Notes: generated by a model from the sequence alone, not told the origin. Counted from the stretch's first letter, positions 7,929 through 16,072 are shown. The stretch: 17,987 bases of DNA from Candidatus Thorarchaeota archaeon (GCA_029858305.1 JAOUFI010000046.1:1-17987), one strand, 5' to 3'. Translations and numbers: made by a program.

Positions 7929-8597
7929 TTGACGAATAAACGAACATCCATAATCCAAAGAACACTCAAACTGTATGTTGCTGCTTTGTCTGATGCCGCT
8001 GATGAAATAGGACTGAATCAAGTCTGCATGGACCGAGGGATATTTCCTCTCACTGAAAACAAGAGGATGGCCGGCTTTGCAAGAACCGGAAAACTGGTAC
8101 GATCTCCGGTAAACCAACCCTACGATGAGGCTCAGCTAGATACTTTCATGAGTCTTGCCACGAAAGCAATTGATGGTGATTTGATCACAATTGATATGTC
8201 TGGTAGCACTGACTGTTCAGCTTGGGGGCAAGTTCTTACTAGGATTGGAAAACCCTTGGGAGTACGTGGAGCGCTTGTGGATGGAACATCTCGGGATATC
8301 GATGACATCAACAAAATGGACTTTGCTGTCTTTGCGCGAGGTCGTCATCCTGGAACAATGAGAGGAAGAATGAACATGGAATCTGTGCAGGAGCCTATCA
8401 CATGTGGAGGCATCACTGTACATCCTGGGGATCTCATTTTTGGGGATGGTGATGGTGTTGTAGTAATACCTATTGACCATATCGACGAGATACTGGTTCA
8501 TGCAGAGCATGTTGTATCAACAGACAATTGGTGGGCTGAAAGACTTGATGAAGGAAGGGATCCTCATGAACTCCATAAGGAAAGACCAATTCCCTAG
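7929..8597 (+). CDS. RraA family / 4-hydroxy-4-methyl-2-oxoglutarate (HMG/CHA) aldolase-like protein
   Basis: Motifs AALSDA, SAWGQVL, GVRGALVDGTSRDIDDI, FAVFARG, CGGITVHPGDLIFGDGDGVVVIP. Probable TTG start at 7929, avoiding overlap with the upstream gene (ORF track: 7902). Confidence 0.88.
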   Translation: MTNKRTSIIQRTLKLYVAALSDAADEIGLNQVCMDRGIFPLTENKRMAGFARTGKLVRSPVNQPYDEAQLDTFMSLATKAIDGDLITIDMSGSTDCSAWGQVLTRIGKPLGVRGALVDGTSRDIDDINKMDFAVFARGRHPGTMRGRMNMESVQEPITCGGITVHPGDLIFGDGDGVVVIPIDHIDEILVHAEHVVSTDNWWAERLDEGRDPHELHKERPIP

Positions 8598-8636
8598 TCC
8601 CACTTTAATTAAAAATGATGAGACAAATCCACAAGG

Positions 8637-8645
8637 CTTTAAACT
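8637..8645 (+). promoter_or_regulatory. Putative TATA box for rps26e
   Basis: CTTTAAACT preceded by purine-rich CACAAGG, about 55 nt upstream of the TTG start. Confidence 0.35.
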
Positions 8646-8695
8646 CGAATATAATCAAATTGGGCGGCTAGAAACCAGGTGGAATACCAGGTCGA

Positions 8696-8980
8696 TTGGC
8701 GAAAAAAAGAAAATCATCCGGACGAGCAAAGGGAGGAGCCGGCCACAAGGGTTCGGTCCAATGCTCAAGATGTGGACGATTAGTCCCATCCGATAAGGCA
8801 AAGAAATTTACTAAAACTGTCAGTTCTGTTGAGCCACAGATTGCACGAGAACTTCGTCAACAAGGTTCATACATCCCTGCACATCGGACTACTGCTTACT
8901 ATTGTGTAAGTTGTGCAGTCCATTCTGGTAAGGTGCATATTCGGGATAGCAAAGCGAGGAAGACAATCCCAGCTCGCTAG
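8696..8980 (+). CDS. rps26e: 30S ribosomal protein S26e (eS26)
   Basis: 94 aa, basic. KKRKSSGRAKG...VQCSRCGRLVPSDKAKK...YYCVSCAVHSGKVHIR is the eS26 zinc-finger signature. Confidence 0.95.
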   Translation: MAKKRKSSGRAKGGAGHKGSVQCSRCGRLVPSDKAKKFTKTVSSVEPQIARELRQQGSYIPAHRTTAYYCVSCAVHSGKVHIRDSKARKTIPAR

Positions 8981-9111
8981 ATCACTTCAAGATGAAACTG
9001 ATAAACTCTCATCTACAGAAGAATTGTCGAAATGACAGTGTTAGGTGACAGACCGTACGCATCATCTATAAAGTCTAATCTGAGGATGTGTTTTCTTCCC
9101 TGTAATTGTAG

Positions 9112-10233
9112 CTATGTGTATCTACCCTTCTTTAGCGCATAATCATAAATCTCAAGTATTTTCTGAGGAGTTGAGTCTGGTTGGATGTTGTGAGCAGGTG
9201 CTAGAATATAACCTCCACCAGGAGCAAGTGCCCCGAGGCGCTTATCTATCTCTTCTCTAAGTTCTTCTTTTGTTCCTGATTCTGCCATTGCGCGTTGCAG
9301 GTCAATTCCACCATGGAAAGAGAGTCTGTCTCCATATTTCATCTTAAGGTCCTTTGATTCCATTCCAAATGCCAAGGGCTGAATCGGATTCAGAATATCA
9401 ACTCCGACATCAATCAAATCTTTGATGAGAGGTTCAATTGCGCCGCAGCTATGATATAGCAACTTAACATGCGGTGCTCGTCGATGTATGTCCCCATAGA
9501 TTTTGAGATGACGTGGCTTAATCAAGTCACGATACATTTTGGGGCTGATGATCAATCCTTGTTGATGTCCAAGGTCATCTCCTACCTGAACAATATCCAA
9601 GTAGTCGCCAACCTCATCCAACAAAACTCGGTTCATATCCAATGCAAACTCCATGCATTTGTCCATCATTGCCTCAGCCAGTTTCCTGTTCTTTACTAAG
9701 TCAATCAGGAACTTGTCAAAGCCCCTCATGTAATGTTCGCAGATTTCAAAAACTCCCCAAGGTCCTCCAACCATTCCGACTACAGCATTGTCTGTCTGTT
9801 CATGTAAATACTTGGCCCATTCAACCACTCCATCCATCCTAGAAGAATCATCAGCATCTGGCCATGCATATTCCTCAACTTGTTCTACCTCTGTGAATTC
9901 CGCCCATGGGTAGTATGTTATCTCCCAGTAGGGACCAAACCACTTTCCTCTAAATCCATACTCGGAGTCTGTCGTTCCATCGGGATATGTCTTAGCTTGG
10001 AAGCTTTTCGCGGTGTTCATGTAGACTCGACGAAAGTCAACATGAAGTCGTTGGAGGAGTTCTTCCGATGTCTTCCAGCTCGACATGATACCCCACTCTT
10101 GGGTTTCCTCTGCAGTGATTCCTAGATGATCTCTGAGTTTTTCATATGCCGCTGGAGTGGTCCAATAATCAAGAGGCACTCTATCCGGCTCTTCATGATT
10201 CAGTGTTGTTAAAACTCTCTCTCTTGATTTCAT
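9112..10233 (-). CDS. Uroporphyrinogen decarboxylase superfamily protein (URO-D/MtaA-CmuA-like TIM barrel), not canonical HemE
   Basis: Motifs MKSRERVL..LNHEEPDRVP, GDDLGHQQGLIISP, YHSCGAI, GVDILNPIQP, FHGGID, GGYILAPAHNIQ. Lacks the HemE RQAGR motif. Confidence 0.85.
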   Translation of the reverse strand: MKSRERVLTTLNHEEPDRVPLDYWTTPAAYEKLRDHLGITAEETQEWGIMSSWKTSEELLQRLHVDFRRVYMNTAKSFQAKTYPDGTTDSEYGFRGKWFGPYWEITYYPWAEFTEVEQVEEYAWPDADDSSRMDGVVEWAKYLHEQTDNAVVGMVGGPWGVFEICEHYMRGFDKFLIDLVKNRKLAEAMMDKCMEFALDMNRVLLDEVGDYLDIVQVGDDLGHQQGLIISPKMYRDLIKPRHLKIYGDIHRRAPHVKLLYHSCGAIEPLIKDLIDVGVDILNPIQPLAFGMESKDLKMKYGDRLSFHGGIDLQRAMAESGTKEELREEIDKRLGALAPGGGYILAPAHNIQPDSTPQKILEIYDYALKKGRYT

Positions 10234-10386
10234 AGTATTTTGACTTAGGACATTCCAATATTAAAAAGAAACTATCTGTTCGACTTTAATAAGAGTTAAT
10301 ACCGGAGCCCTTAATTATGCCAGATTATACGATATCCAGAAGATTTCTTCAACTGAACATGACCGAATAAAATGGAGTTTCATTAG

Positions 10387-11769
10387 ATGGTTGATGTTGC
10401 AAAGATTACTCGCCTTCTAGGCGAAATTGTACCGCCTAAGAGAGTGAGTGATAGAGATTTTGATCTTATTCCCTATAGCAGGGATCTGAGTCCTGCAAGA
10501 CAAAAGATGCCTACTCATGTTGTCATCCCTGAATCTAAAGAGGAGATACAGGGGATTCTGAAGATTGCCAATCAAGAAAATGTTCCAGTGTACATCAGAG
10601 GTGGAGGCACTTCACATTGGGACGCATATCTCGCTCAGGAACCAGGGATTATGCTCGATATGAGCAGGATGAATAAAATAATCAACATCAATGAGCGTGA
10701 CCTTGTTGTTACAGTTCAACCCAACTGTACATGGGCTAAGCTGGATAGAGAGCTTCGGAAACATGGACTGACATATCTTTGCAGTGAAGCAGGTGGTCCA
10801 GCTATGACAGTTGGAGGTTCTGTTATGAAGGCTGGTAGTGGTCCTCATTCTACGGCCAAATTCGGTTTCCATGGTAATCAGGATGTAGTCACACTAGAAA
10901 TGGTCCTACCGAATGGAGATGTCGTTCAAACTGGTTCTGCAGCTTGGCCAAGTGCTGGGAAGTTTGAACGCCAATGCCTTGGTCCTGATCTTGGTGGTAT
11001 GTTCATTGGCGCAGAGGGAATCCTCGGTATCTGTACTGAATTGACAATGAGAATTCGACCAGCCTCAGATTTCAAGGAGCGTTTGGTGGCTGTAATGCCT
11101 TCACTTGATAGTGTTGTCGAGTTTGGTCATTTCATCAATCGTCATGTTGGAGATGAATATCTTCAAGGCACATATCTATGGGTTGACCCCAACACTCCAG
11201 ATGTCTTCCTTTTCATGATGGATATCTTCGGATACGAGGAAGAAATCATAGAACACAGGAAAAAGAAGCTGATTGAGAAGGTCAAGGAACTAGGTGGACA
11301 ACTCGGAGACCGAGCCCCTGCAGATGACTACTTTGGTCGTATTCTCACGGGATTGACCGATCTATTCAATACTGGAGTATGGCATTTCTTTGGGGCTGGA
11401 ACTCTTAGGATTGATGATATCCAGTTTATGTATGATGTTTGGAGAAGAGAGCTAATCGAAAAGAGAGGATATCGGAAAGCAGGATTTGGAGGACAAATCT
11501 TGCCACGTCGTTGGCTTGCTTTCATGGTGACCAACTATCGAGAACCTGGAGAATGGGATGAGCTAGTCAAAATGGCTCATGAGATTGATAAGATCATTCT
11601 CGCAGGACCCGTGATTCCGTATGGCATAGGTGGTCGTGATGGGCTCAGGAACATTGTTGCATCTCACGATACTGGTTACTATCGTCTGCTGAAGACCCTA
11701 AAACGAACACTTGATCCTAAGAATATCCTACAGAGAGGAATATTCATACCCCAGGAGGAATTGCATTGA
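10387..11769 (+). CDS. FAD-binding oxidoreductase (GlcD/Dld-like flavoprotein subunit)
   Basis: Motifs YSRD, VVIP, VPVYIRGGGTS, TVGG, LEMVLPNGDVVQTGS, GPDLGGMFIGAEGILGI and C-terminal LKRTLDPKNIL. Overlaps the downstream Fe-S gene by 4 nt. Confidence 0.9.
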   Translation: MVDVAKITRLLGEIVPPKRVSDRDFDLIPYSRDLSPARQKMPTHVVIPESKEEIQGILKIANQENVPVYIRGGGTSHWDAYLAQEPGIMLDMSRMNKIININERDLVVTVQPNCTWAKLDRELRKHGLTYLCSEAGGPAMTVGGSVMKAGSGPHSTAKFGFHGNQDVVTLEMVLPNGDVVQTGSAAWPSAGKFERQCLGPDLGGMFIGAEGILGICTELTMRIRPASDFKERLVAVMPSLDSVVEFGHFINRHVGDEYLQGTYLWVDPNTPDVFLFMMDIFGYEEEIIEHRKKKLIEKVKELGGQLGDRAPADDYFGRILTGLTDLFNTGVWHFFGAGTLRIDDIQFMYDVWRRELIEKRGYRKAGFGGQILPRRWLAFMVTNYREPGEWDELVKMAHEIDKIILAGPVIPYGIGGRDGLRNIVASHDTGYYRLLKTLKRTLDPKNILQRGIFIPQEELH

Positions 11770-12962
11770 GAATCGAAGAATTTCGAGATATGATCTACGC
11801 CTGTGGAAGGTGCAATTTCTGCCGAGGAATAGATTTCAATGAACGTTGTCCTGAAATCTTTACTCAAACTTGGGAGTCTTCCACAGCTCGAGGAAGAATG
11901 GCAATTGCCCGAGGAATCCTCGAAGGAAAATTAGACTATTCTGAAGAGATGGCTGAACGTATCTTTGGTTGTTTTATGTGTGGCCGTTGTAGAGAAGAAT
12001 GTAAGAAAGCGGCCCAAATTGATGTCATAGATATTACAAAAGCCATGAGAGCTGATTTCATTGAGCAGGGAGTGAAGATTCCGGAAGGCGGCTCGAAGAT
12101 GGCTGATACCGCTATCTCAAGTGGGAATATCTTTGCAGATACTCCTGAGATTCACACAAAATGGGCAGAAGGTCTAGAATTTGTAGAAGGTTCTGGTACG
12201 CTTTTCTACCCTGGTTGTTTGGCAAGTCATCGATTTAAAGAGAAGACGAATATCCTTGTGCAAGTATTGCAAGCTGCTGGTTATGAACTAGATTTCCTTG
12301 GTCATGATCAGACATGCTGTGGAACTCCCCTATGGGTGACAGGAAAAATCAAGAATGCCAAAAGATGGGCGCAAGACTACCTCCAGAAGTTGCAAGATCG
12401 TGGTGTCAAAGAGATAATCACTCCTTGCCCAAGCTGTTTCAGAGCATTTGACGAAGAGTATCCTGTGCTCCTTGGATTAGATAAGTTCCCAATACGTGTA
12501 CGACATACAAGTGAAATTCTTGAGGAGATAGTAGAACAGAAGAAGCTAAAATTCAAAATTTCCATTAACAAGCGAGTGACATATCACGATCCATGCGAAA
12601 TAGGTCGATACAAAGGTATCTATGAACCTGCGAGGAAAGTGTTTGCAGCTTTACCAGGGATTGAGTTTATCGAGATGTCACGAAACAAAGCGGATGCCTT
12701 CTGTTGCGGTGGGGGCGGTGCCGTGAAACTGATGTATGAAGACTACTCGAATGCTGTGGCAAAAGAACGGATTCAAGACTTTATTCAAACAGGTGCTGAC
12801 GTATTAATAACCATTTGTCCAGCATGTGAGATGAACCTCACACACGGTACATATGCAGCAGATATTGAGGCACGTGTCCTTGATGTAGCAGAATTGATGG
12901 CTGTAGCGGCAGGAATAGTGGATCCAGAGATCTTGGAGACCGATTATTTCCCAGAAGACTAA
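11766..12962 (+). CDS. Fe-S oxidoreductase, GlcF/HdrD-like (ferredoxin domain plus two CCG domains)
   Basis: 4Fe-4S motifs CGRCNFC...CP and CFMCGRCREEC. CCG domains YPGC...TCCG...CPSC and YHDPC...CCGGGG...ICPAC. TTGA start/stop overlap with the upstream gene. Confidence 0.92.
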   Translation: MRIEEFRDMIYACGRCNFCRGIDFNERCPEIFTQTWESSTARGRMAIARGILEGKLDYSEEMAERIFGCFMCGRCREECKKAAQIDVIDITKAMRADFIEQGVKIPEGGSKMADTAISSGNIFADTPEIHTKWAEGLEFVEGSGTLFYPGCLASHRFKEKTNILVQVLQAAGYELDFLGHDQTCCGTPLWVTGKIKNAKRWAQDYLQKLQDRGVKEIITPCPSCFRAFDEEYPVLLGLDKFPIRVRHTSEILEEIVEQKKLKFKISINKRVTYHDPCEIGRYKGIYEPARKVFAALPGIEFIEMSRNKADAFCCGGGGAVKLMYEDYSNAVAKERIQDFIQTGADVLITICPACEMNLTHGTYAADIEARVLDVAELMAVAAGIVDPEILETDYFPED

Positions 12963-13007
12963 ACAAGTGGATTAAAGATTCCCGATTCCATGGAGAGACT
13001 TCCCAGG

Positions 13008-13298
13008 TTATCCTCCAACTGCAGCTATCATGAAGACAATCAGGTCTCCTTTTGAGACCTTTGTCTTAATACCCTCTCGGGAAACCATATTCATTCCATT
13101 GATGAACACAATTGCATCTCTTCTTAGTAGTCTATCTTTCTCTTCATCAAGATAGACCTCAAAGCGGTCACCGTACTCCTCATGTAGCTCACCGATCAAT
13201 TCTTCGATAGTTGAACCCTCTTTTGTATTGAAAGGAAATTTATTGTGCTCTGAATTCTTCAAGCCTTTGTTCATCAACTTCACGAACACTTCAGTCAA
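13008..13298 (-). CDS. MoaD/ThiS/SAMP (Urm1-like) ubiquitin-like sulfur carrier
   Basis: 96 aa beta-grasp pattern: STIEELI..L, IVFING, TKVSKGDLIVF, C-terminal di-glycine AVGG-stop. TTG start with GGTGA RBS. Confidence 0.88.
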   Translation of the reverse strand: MTEVFVKLMNKGLKNSEHNKFPFNTKEGSTIEELIGELHEEYGDRFEVYLDEEKDRLLRRDAIVFINGMNMVSREGIKTKVSKGDLIVFMIAAVGG

Positions 13299-13330
13299 TT
13301 TAACGATTCACCACTGATACCTAGATGGAT

Positions 13331-13372
13331 TAACTTTAAATTAAGTTTGTCGAAGAGGAGGTTAATATAAAA
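13331..13372. promoter_or_regulatory. AT-rich divergent promoter elements between the SAMP-like and HTH-Mrr genes
   Basis: AACTT-TAAATT-AAGTT imperfect palindrome (13332-13347) about 35 nt upstream of the SAMP TTG, and TTAATATAAAA at 13362-13372. Confidence 0.4.
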
Positions 13373-13517
13373 CGCCCACCGGTTGAAAGGAGTATAACTT
13401 AAAGGGCGGGGCATTCATAGAGCATGTCGATACACATATTCTAAACTGCCACAAAGCATATGTACCCTTAAGTTTCGATTCGTATCGGGCCGTATTAAGA
13501 ATACAAGAACAGAAACA

Positions 13518-14315
13518 TTGGTTGCGATTAATTTGGCAAATGCAAAAGAACGTAGAACTCTCAGAGAATGGCTGATGGAAAATGCACGCGATAGCCCTGT
13601 GCACTATACTGAGATTGCTGAGAGACTAGGCAGGGATCCCGCCTCGGTTTCTGCTTCTCTGTCCATAGAGAAGGCACAAGCAGAAGTCGATGGAAGACCC
13701 GCATATTTCTTGAGAGTCGCGCCTGGACTCTATAGATTCAATGATCTCTGCGAAGGGGCAATCACTGAACAGCAGCTCGATGAAGACCTGCGAGAAAAGT
13801 CTCGTGCAAGCAAGTTGGCTACTAGGAATGAGATGAACCAAGCCATCGCCAACCTCGACCTGAATGGATTTAGAGAACTTGCCGAGGTTATTCTTGTCAA
13901 TGTCAGGGTCAACCGAGAAGAGATTCGGGAACGTAAGCGGTACAATAACACAATTGTTATGACAACCAGCTGGCTAGATGATGGTGGTCGAGCACCTGTC
14001 GTGTTCTATGCGAAGAAATGTGAGCTCGATGAGCCGATTGGCGAGGAAACGATACTCGAGATACGTGGAGCGCTGCCTACCTATCGTGCAAACCAAGGCG
14101 TTCTCATATCGAACGGTATTTGTACACCTGATGCAAAAAATGAGGCACTCCAGCCAGAACTCACCGTGCCGCCTGTCCATATCATGGACAAAGAGATCAT
14201 CCTGAATGTTCTCTTTGAGAGCAGGACCGGAGTCAAGTCCAGCAAAGTAGAGATATTCCTGCTTGACACAGATTTCTTCAAACATCTCATGCCCGAGGAA
14301 AGGAAAAACCAATAA
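13518..14315 (+). CDS. Winged-HTH (HARE-HTH-like) plus Mrr-like restriction endonuclease domain protein, probably catalytically degenerate
   Basis: N-terminal PVHYTEIAERL...SVSASLS...FLRVAPGLYRF. C-terminal Mrr_cat-like F.EL...IL ... AKK ... IGEETILEIRGAL...ANQGVLISNG.CTPDAKNEA...PVHIMD...ILNVL...GV. Confidence 0.7.
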   Translation: MVAINLANAKERRTLREWLMENARDSPVHYTEIAERLGRDPASVSASLSIEKAQAEVDGRPAYFLRVAPGLYRFNDLCEGAITEQQLDEDLREKSRASKLATRNEMNQAIANLDLNGFRELAEVILVNVRVNREEIRERKRYNNTIVMTTSWLDDGGRAPVVFYAKKCELDEPIGEETILEIRGALPTYRANQGVLISNGICTPDAKNEALQPELTVPPVHIMDKEIILNVLFESRTGVKSSKVEIFLLDTDFFKHLMPEERKNQ

Positions 14316-14410
14316 CATTGTCCTATGAGTATCAGAACACTTTCTGTTCCTTCGATGTTGTTTTTTCTTTGATTATAGAAAATAGGCTCAGTGTAGACGA
14401 GCGTTCTTCG

Positions 14411-14471
14411 ACTTAAATATAAGCGTTTAATAAAGAAGATTTCAACCCCTCAACTTAAATATCAGCGTTTA
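14411..14471 (+). repeat. 19-bp direct repeat (tandem promoter or operator) upstream of the permease
   Basis: ACTTAAATATAAGCGTTTA (14411-14429) and ACTTAAATATCAGCGTTTA (14453-14471): 18/19 identical, 42-bp period. Confidence 0.8.
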
Positions 14472-14539
14472 CAATGTGGATGGTATCACGATACGATTCT
14501 TTCTTGTCGTGAGAGAGAAAAAAAAGGAGAACAATACAA

Positions 14540-16072
14540 TTGAGTGAGGACAAACTCCTCTTTGTCAGAGAGTCGTCCGGCCTCGTTAAGGAAGTAGGTA
14601 CGGGCTTTGCTCTCCTCCTCCCAATAGCACTGACATTGGGACCGTGGTTCCACTACTTTGGACCCCAGGTCTCGACTTGGAATCCTGGCGCGCATCTTAC
14701 ACCAATGTATGCAATTGGTGCGGCAACGGTCTTCTTTGAGGCCCTTGCACTCATGTGTTTGATGCTTGCCATGCCAAGATCAGGAGCCTCATACCACTTC
14801 ACAGGAAGAGGTCTGAGCCCGATTTTCGGTGTAATGGAAGGTTGGCGGAGCGTAATCACGAACCCTGTCTTCAGGGGAACTGGGAGCTTCTTCGCAGTAC
14901 AGATCTTCGCTGGTGGTCTTACGGTCATTGGCACAGCAACAAGCAATACTGCATTGATCTCATTTGCAGCGACACTTGGATCAGATGTCATTTGGCTGTT
15001 CACCGCTGCTTTTCTGATGATCCTTGTCGGATTTTTCTTCAGCTATTTGAGTGTAAAGTGGCTGGGATGGTTCGTTATAATTCTGGGAATCATCAATATA
15101 GTAGCATTATTGGTTGCAGATCTTGTAATGCTTGCGACACCCATTAACCAGACTGTCTGGGAAGGTACGATGGGTGCTGGAACATGGGCTCCAATAGCTG
15201 CCTTCGATAACACTGCTTACGTAAACTTCAACTGGGGAGCAGTTGGCCCCGCACTCCTGCTCACTGTAGGTGGTATGTGGCCATATCTCATTATGCCTGT
15301 CGCAGGTGAGGTTTCGCAACCGAGCAGAAACATTCCACTAAGCAACCTTGGTGGATGGGCTGGAATTGCAGTTTTCTTCCTGCTATCCGGTTTTGCTGTA
15401 GAGTCCTGCATGGGACCCTACCTATATGGCATAAACTCTGTAGGTGGCGTCTTCCCCGGCTTCGGTAACTACGCCGCAGTCATTCTTGGTGCTAATCCAC
15501 TAGCCTGGTTCGTGATATTATGTCCGATATTCGCAAGTGTTTTAGACTCACCAAGTAACGCGTTGTGGGTCACCCGACCTATGCATAGCATGGCTATGGA
15601 CCGATTCTGTCCTGAAGCATTTGCACGCGTCCATCCGAAGTACCATGTTCCACACATCACTCTGTGGTTCTGGCTAATCCTCTCGGCTGGTACAGTCGCA
15701 TATGCTACAGCTCTACAGTACTTCTACGGTACTGCGCTGGCCTCACTGATTGGCGTGGCATATACCTACGTCTTCATCAGGTGGCAGATGGCATTAGCAG
15801 CAGTCTCGTTACCATATTACCGACCGACCTTATGGGAGCGGAGCGGAGGATGGAAATTCCTAGGAATTCCGTTGATATCCCTCGGTGGTTTGGTATCAGG
15901 AGCTATGTTCTTCTGGGCTATCATCGCATACGTACCGGGACTACCCTACGAGGTAGCGTTCACGGTAGCTGTCTACGTGATAGGTCAGATTGCTTACATG
16001 TACTATGGAGCAAAGAACAAGGCTAAGGGCATTGAGATGTCCGCCATCTTTGGACAACTACCCCCCGAGTAG
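14540..16072 (+). CDS. APC superfamily amino acid/polyamine permease
   Basis: 510 aa with about 12 hydrophobic segments. Motifs LFVRESSGLVKE, AMPRSGASY, AGEVSQPSRNIP, MAMDRFCPEAFARVHPKYHVP. TTG start after AAGGAG. Confidence 0.92.
   Translation: MSEDKLLFVRESSGLVKEVGTGFALLLPIALTLGPWFHYFGPQVSTWNPGAHLTPMYAIGAATVFFEALALMCLMLAMPRSGASYHFTGRGLSPIFGVMEGWRSVITNPVFRGTGSFFAVQIFAGGLTVIGTATSNTALISFAATLGSDVIWLFTAAFLMILVGFFFSYLSVKWLGWFVIILGIINIVALLVADLVMLATPINQTVWEGTMGAGTWAPIAAFDNTAYVNFNWGAVGPALLLTVGGMWPYLIMPVAGEVSQPSRNIPLSNLGGWAGIAVFFLLSGFAVESCMGPYLYGINSVGGVFPGFGNYAAVILGANPLAWFVILCPIFASVLDSPSNALWVTRPMHSMAMDRFCPEAFARVHPKYHVPHITLWFWLILSAGTVAYATALQYFYGTALASLIGVAYTYVFIRWQMALAAVSLPYYRPTLWERSGGWKFLGIPLISLGGLVSGAMFFWAIIAYVPGLPYEVAFTVAVYVIGQIAYMYYGAKNKAKGIEMSAIFGQLPPE

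Noticed and set aside
8598-8695. Possible C/D-box sRNA (ATGATGA near 8615) and ACCAGGT repeat (8674-8680, 8686-8692)
   Set aside because: No downstream CTGA box D or terminal stem was found. The 7-bp repeat is short and overlaps the RBS region.
8981-9111. 131-bp spacer between the convergent rps26e and URO-D-like genes as a possible ncRNA
   Set aside because: No tRNA cloverleaf, canonical C/D boxes or strong stem was visible.
9112-10233. Calling this gene hemE or mtaA
   Set aside because: The HemE RQAGR motif and the distal MtaA Cys ligand are missing, and there are no tetrapyrrole or corrinoid genes nearby.
13362-13604. 80-aa minus-strand ORF and a CGCCC/GGGCG inverted pair in the SAMP-Mrr spacer
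   Set aside because: The ORF overlaps the HTH-Mrr gene antisense and has no recognisable features. The 5-bp arms around a long loop are too weak to call a structure.
14411-14471. The 19-bp repeat as a CRISPR mini-array
   Set aside because: There are only two short units with a 23-bp spacer, the content is TATA-like, and there are no cas genes.
13518-16072. Apparently somewhat higher GC in the HTH-Mrr and permease genes as a sign of a mobile island
   Set aside because: This was not quantified. No integrase, transposase or flanking repeats are present, and Gly/Ala-rich membrane protein composition could explain part of it.
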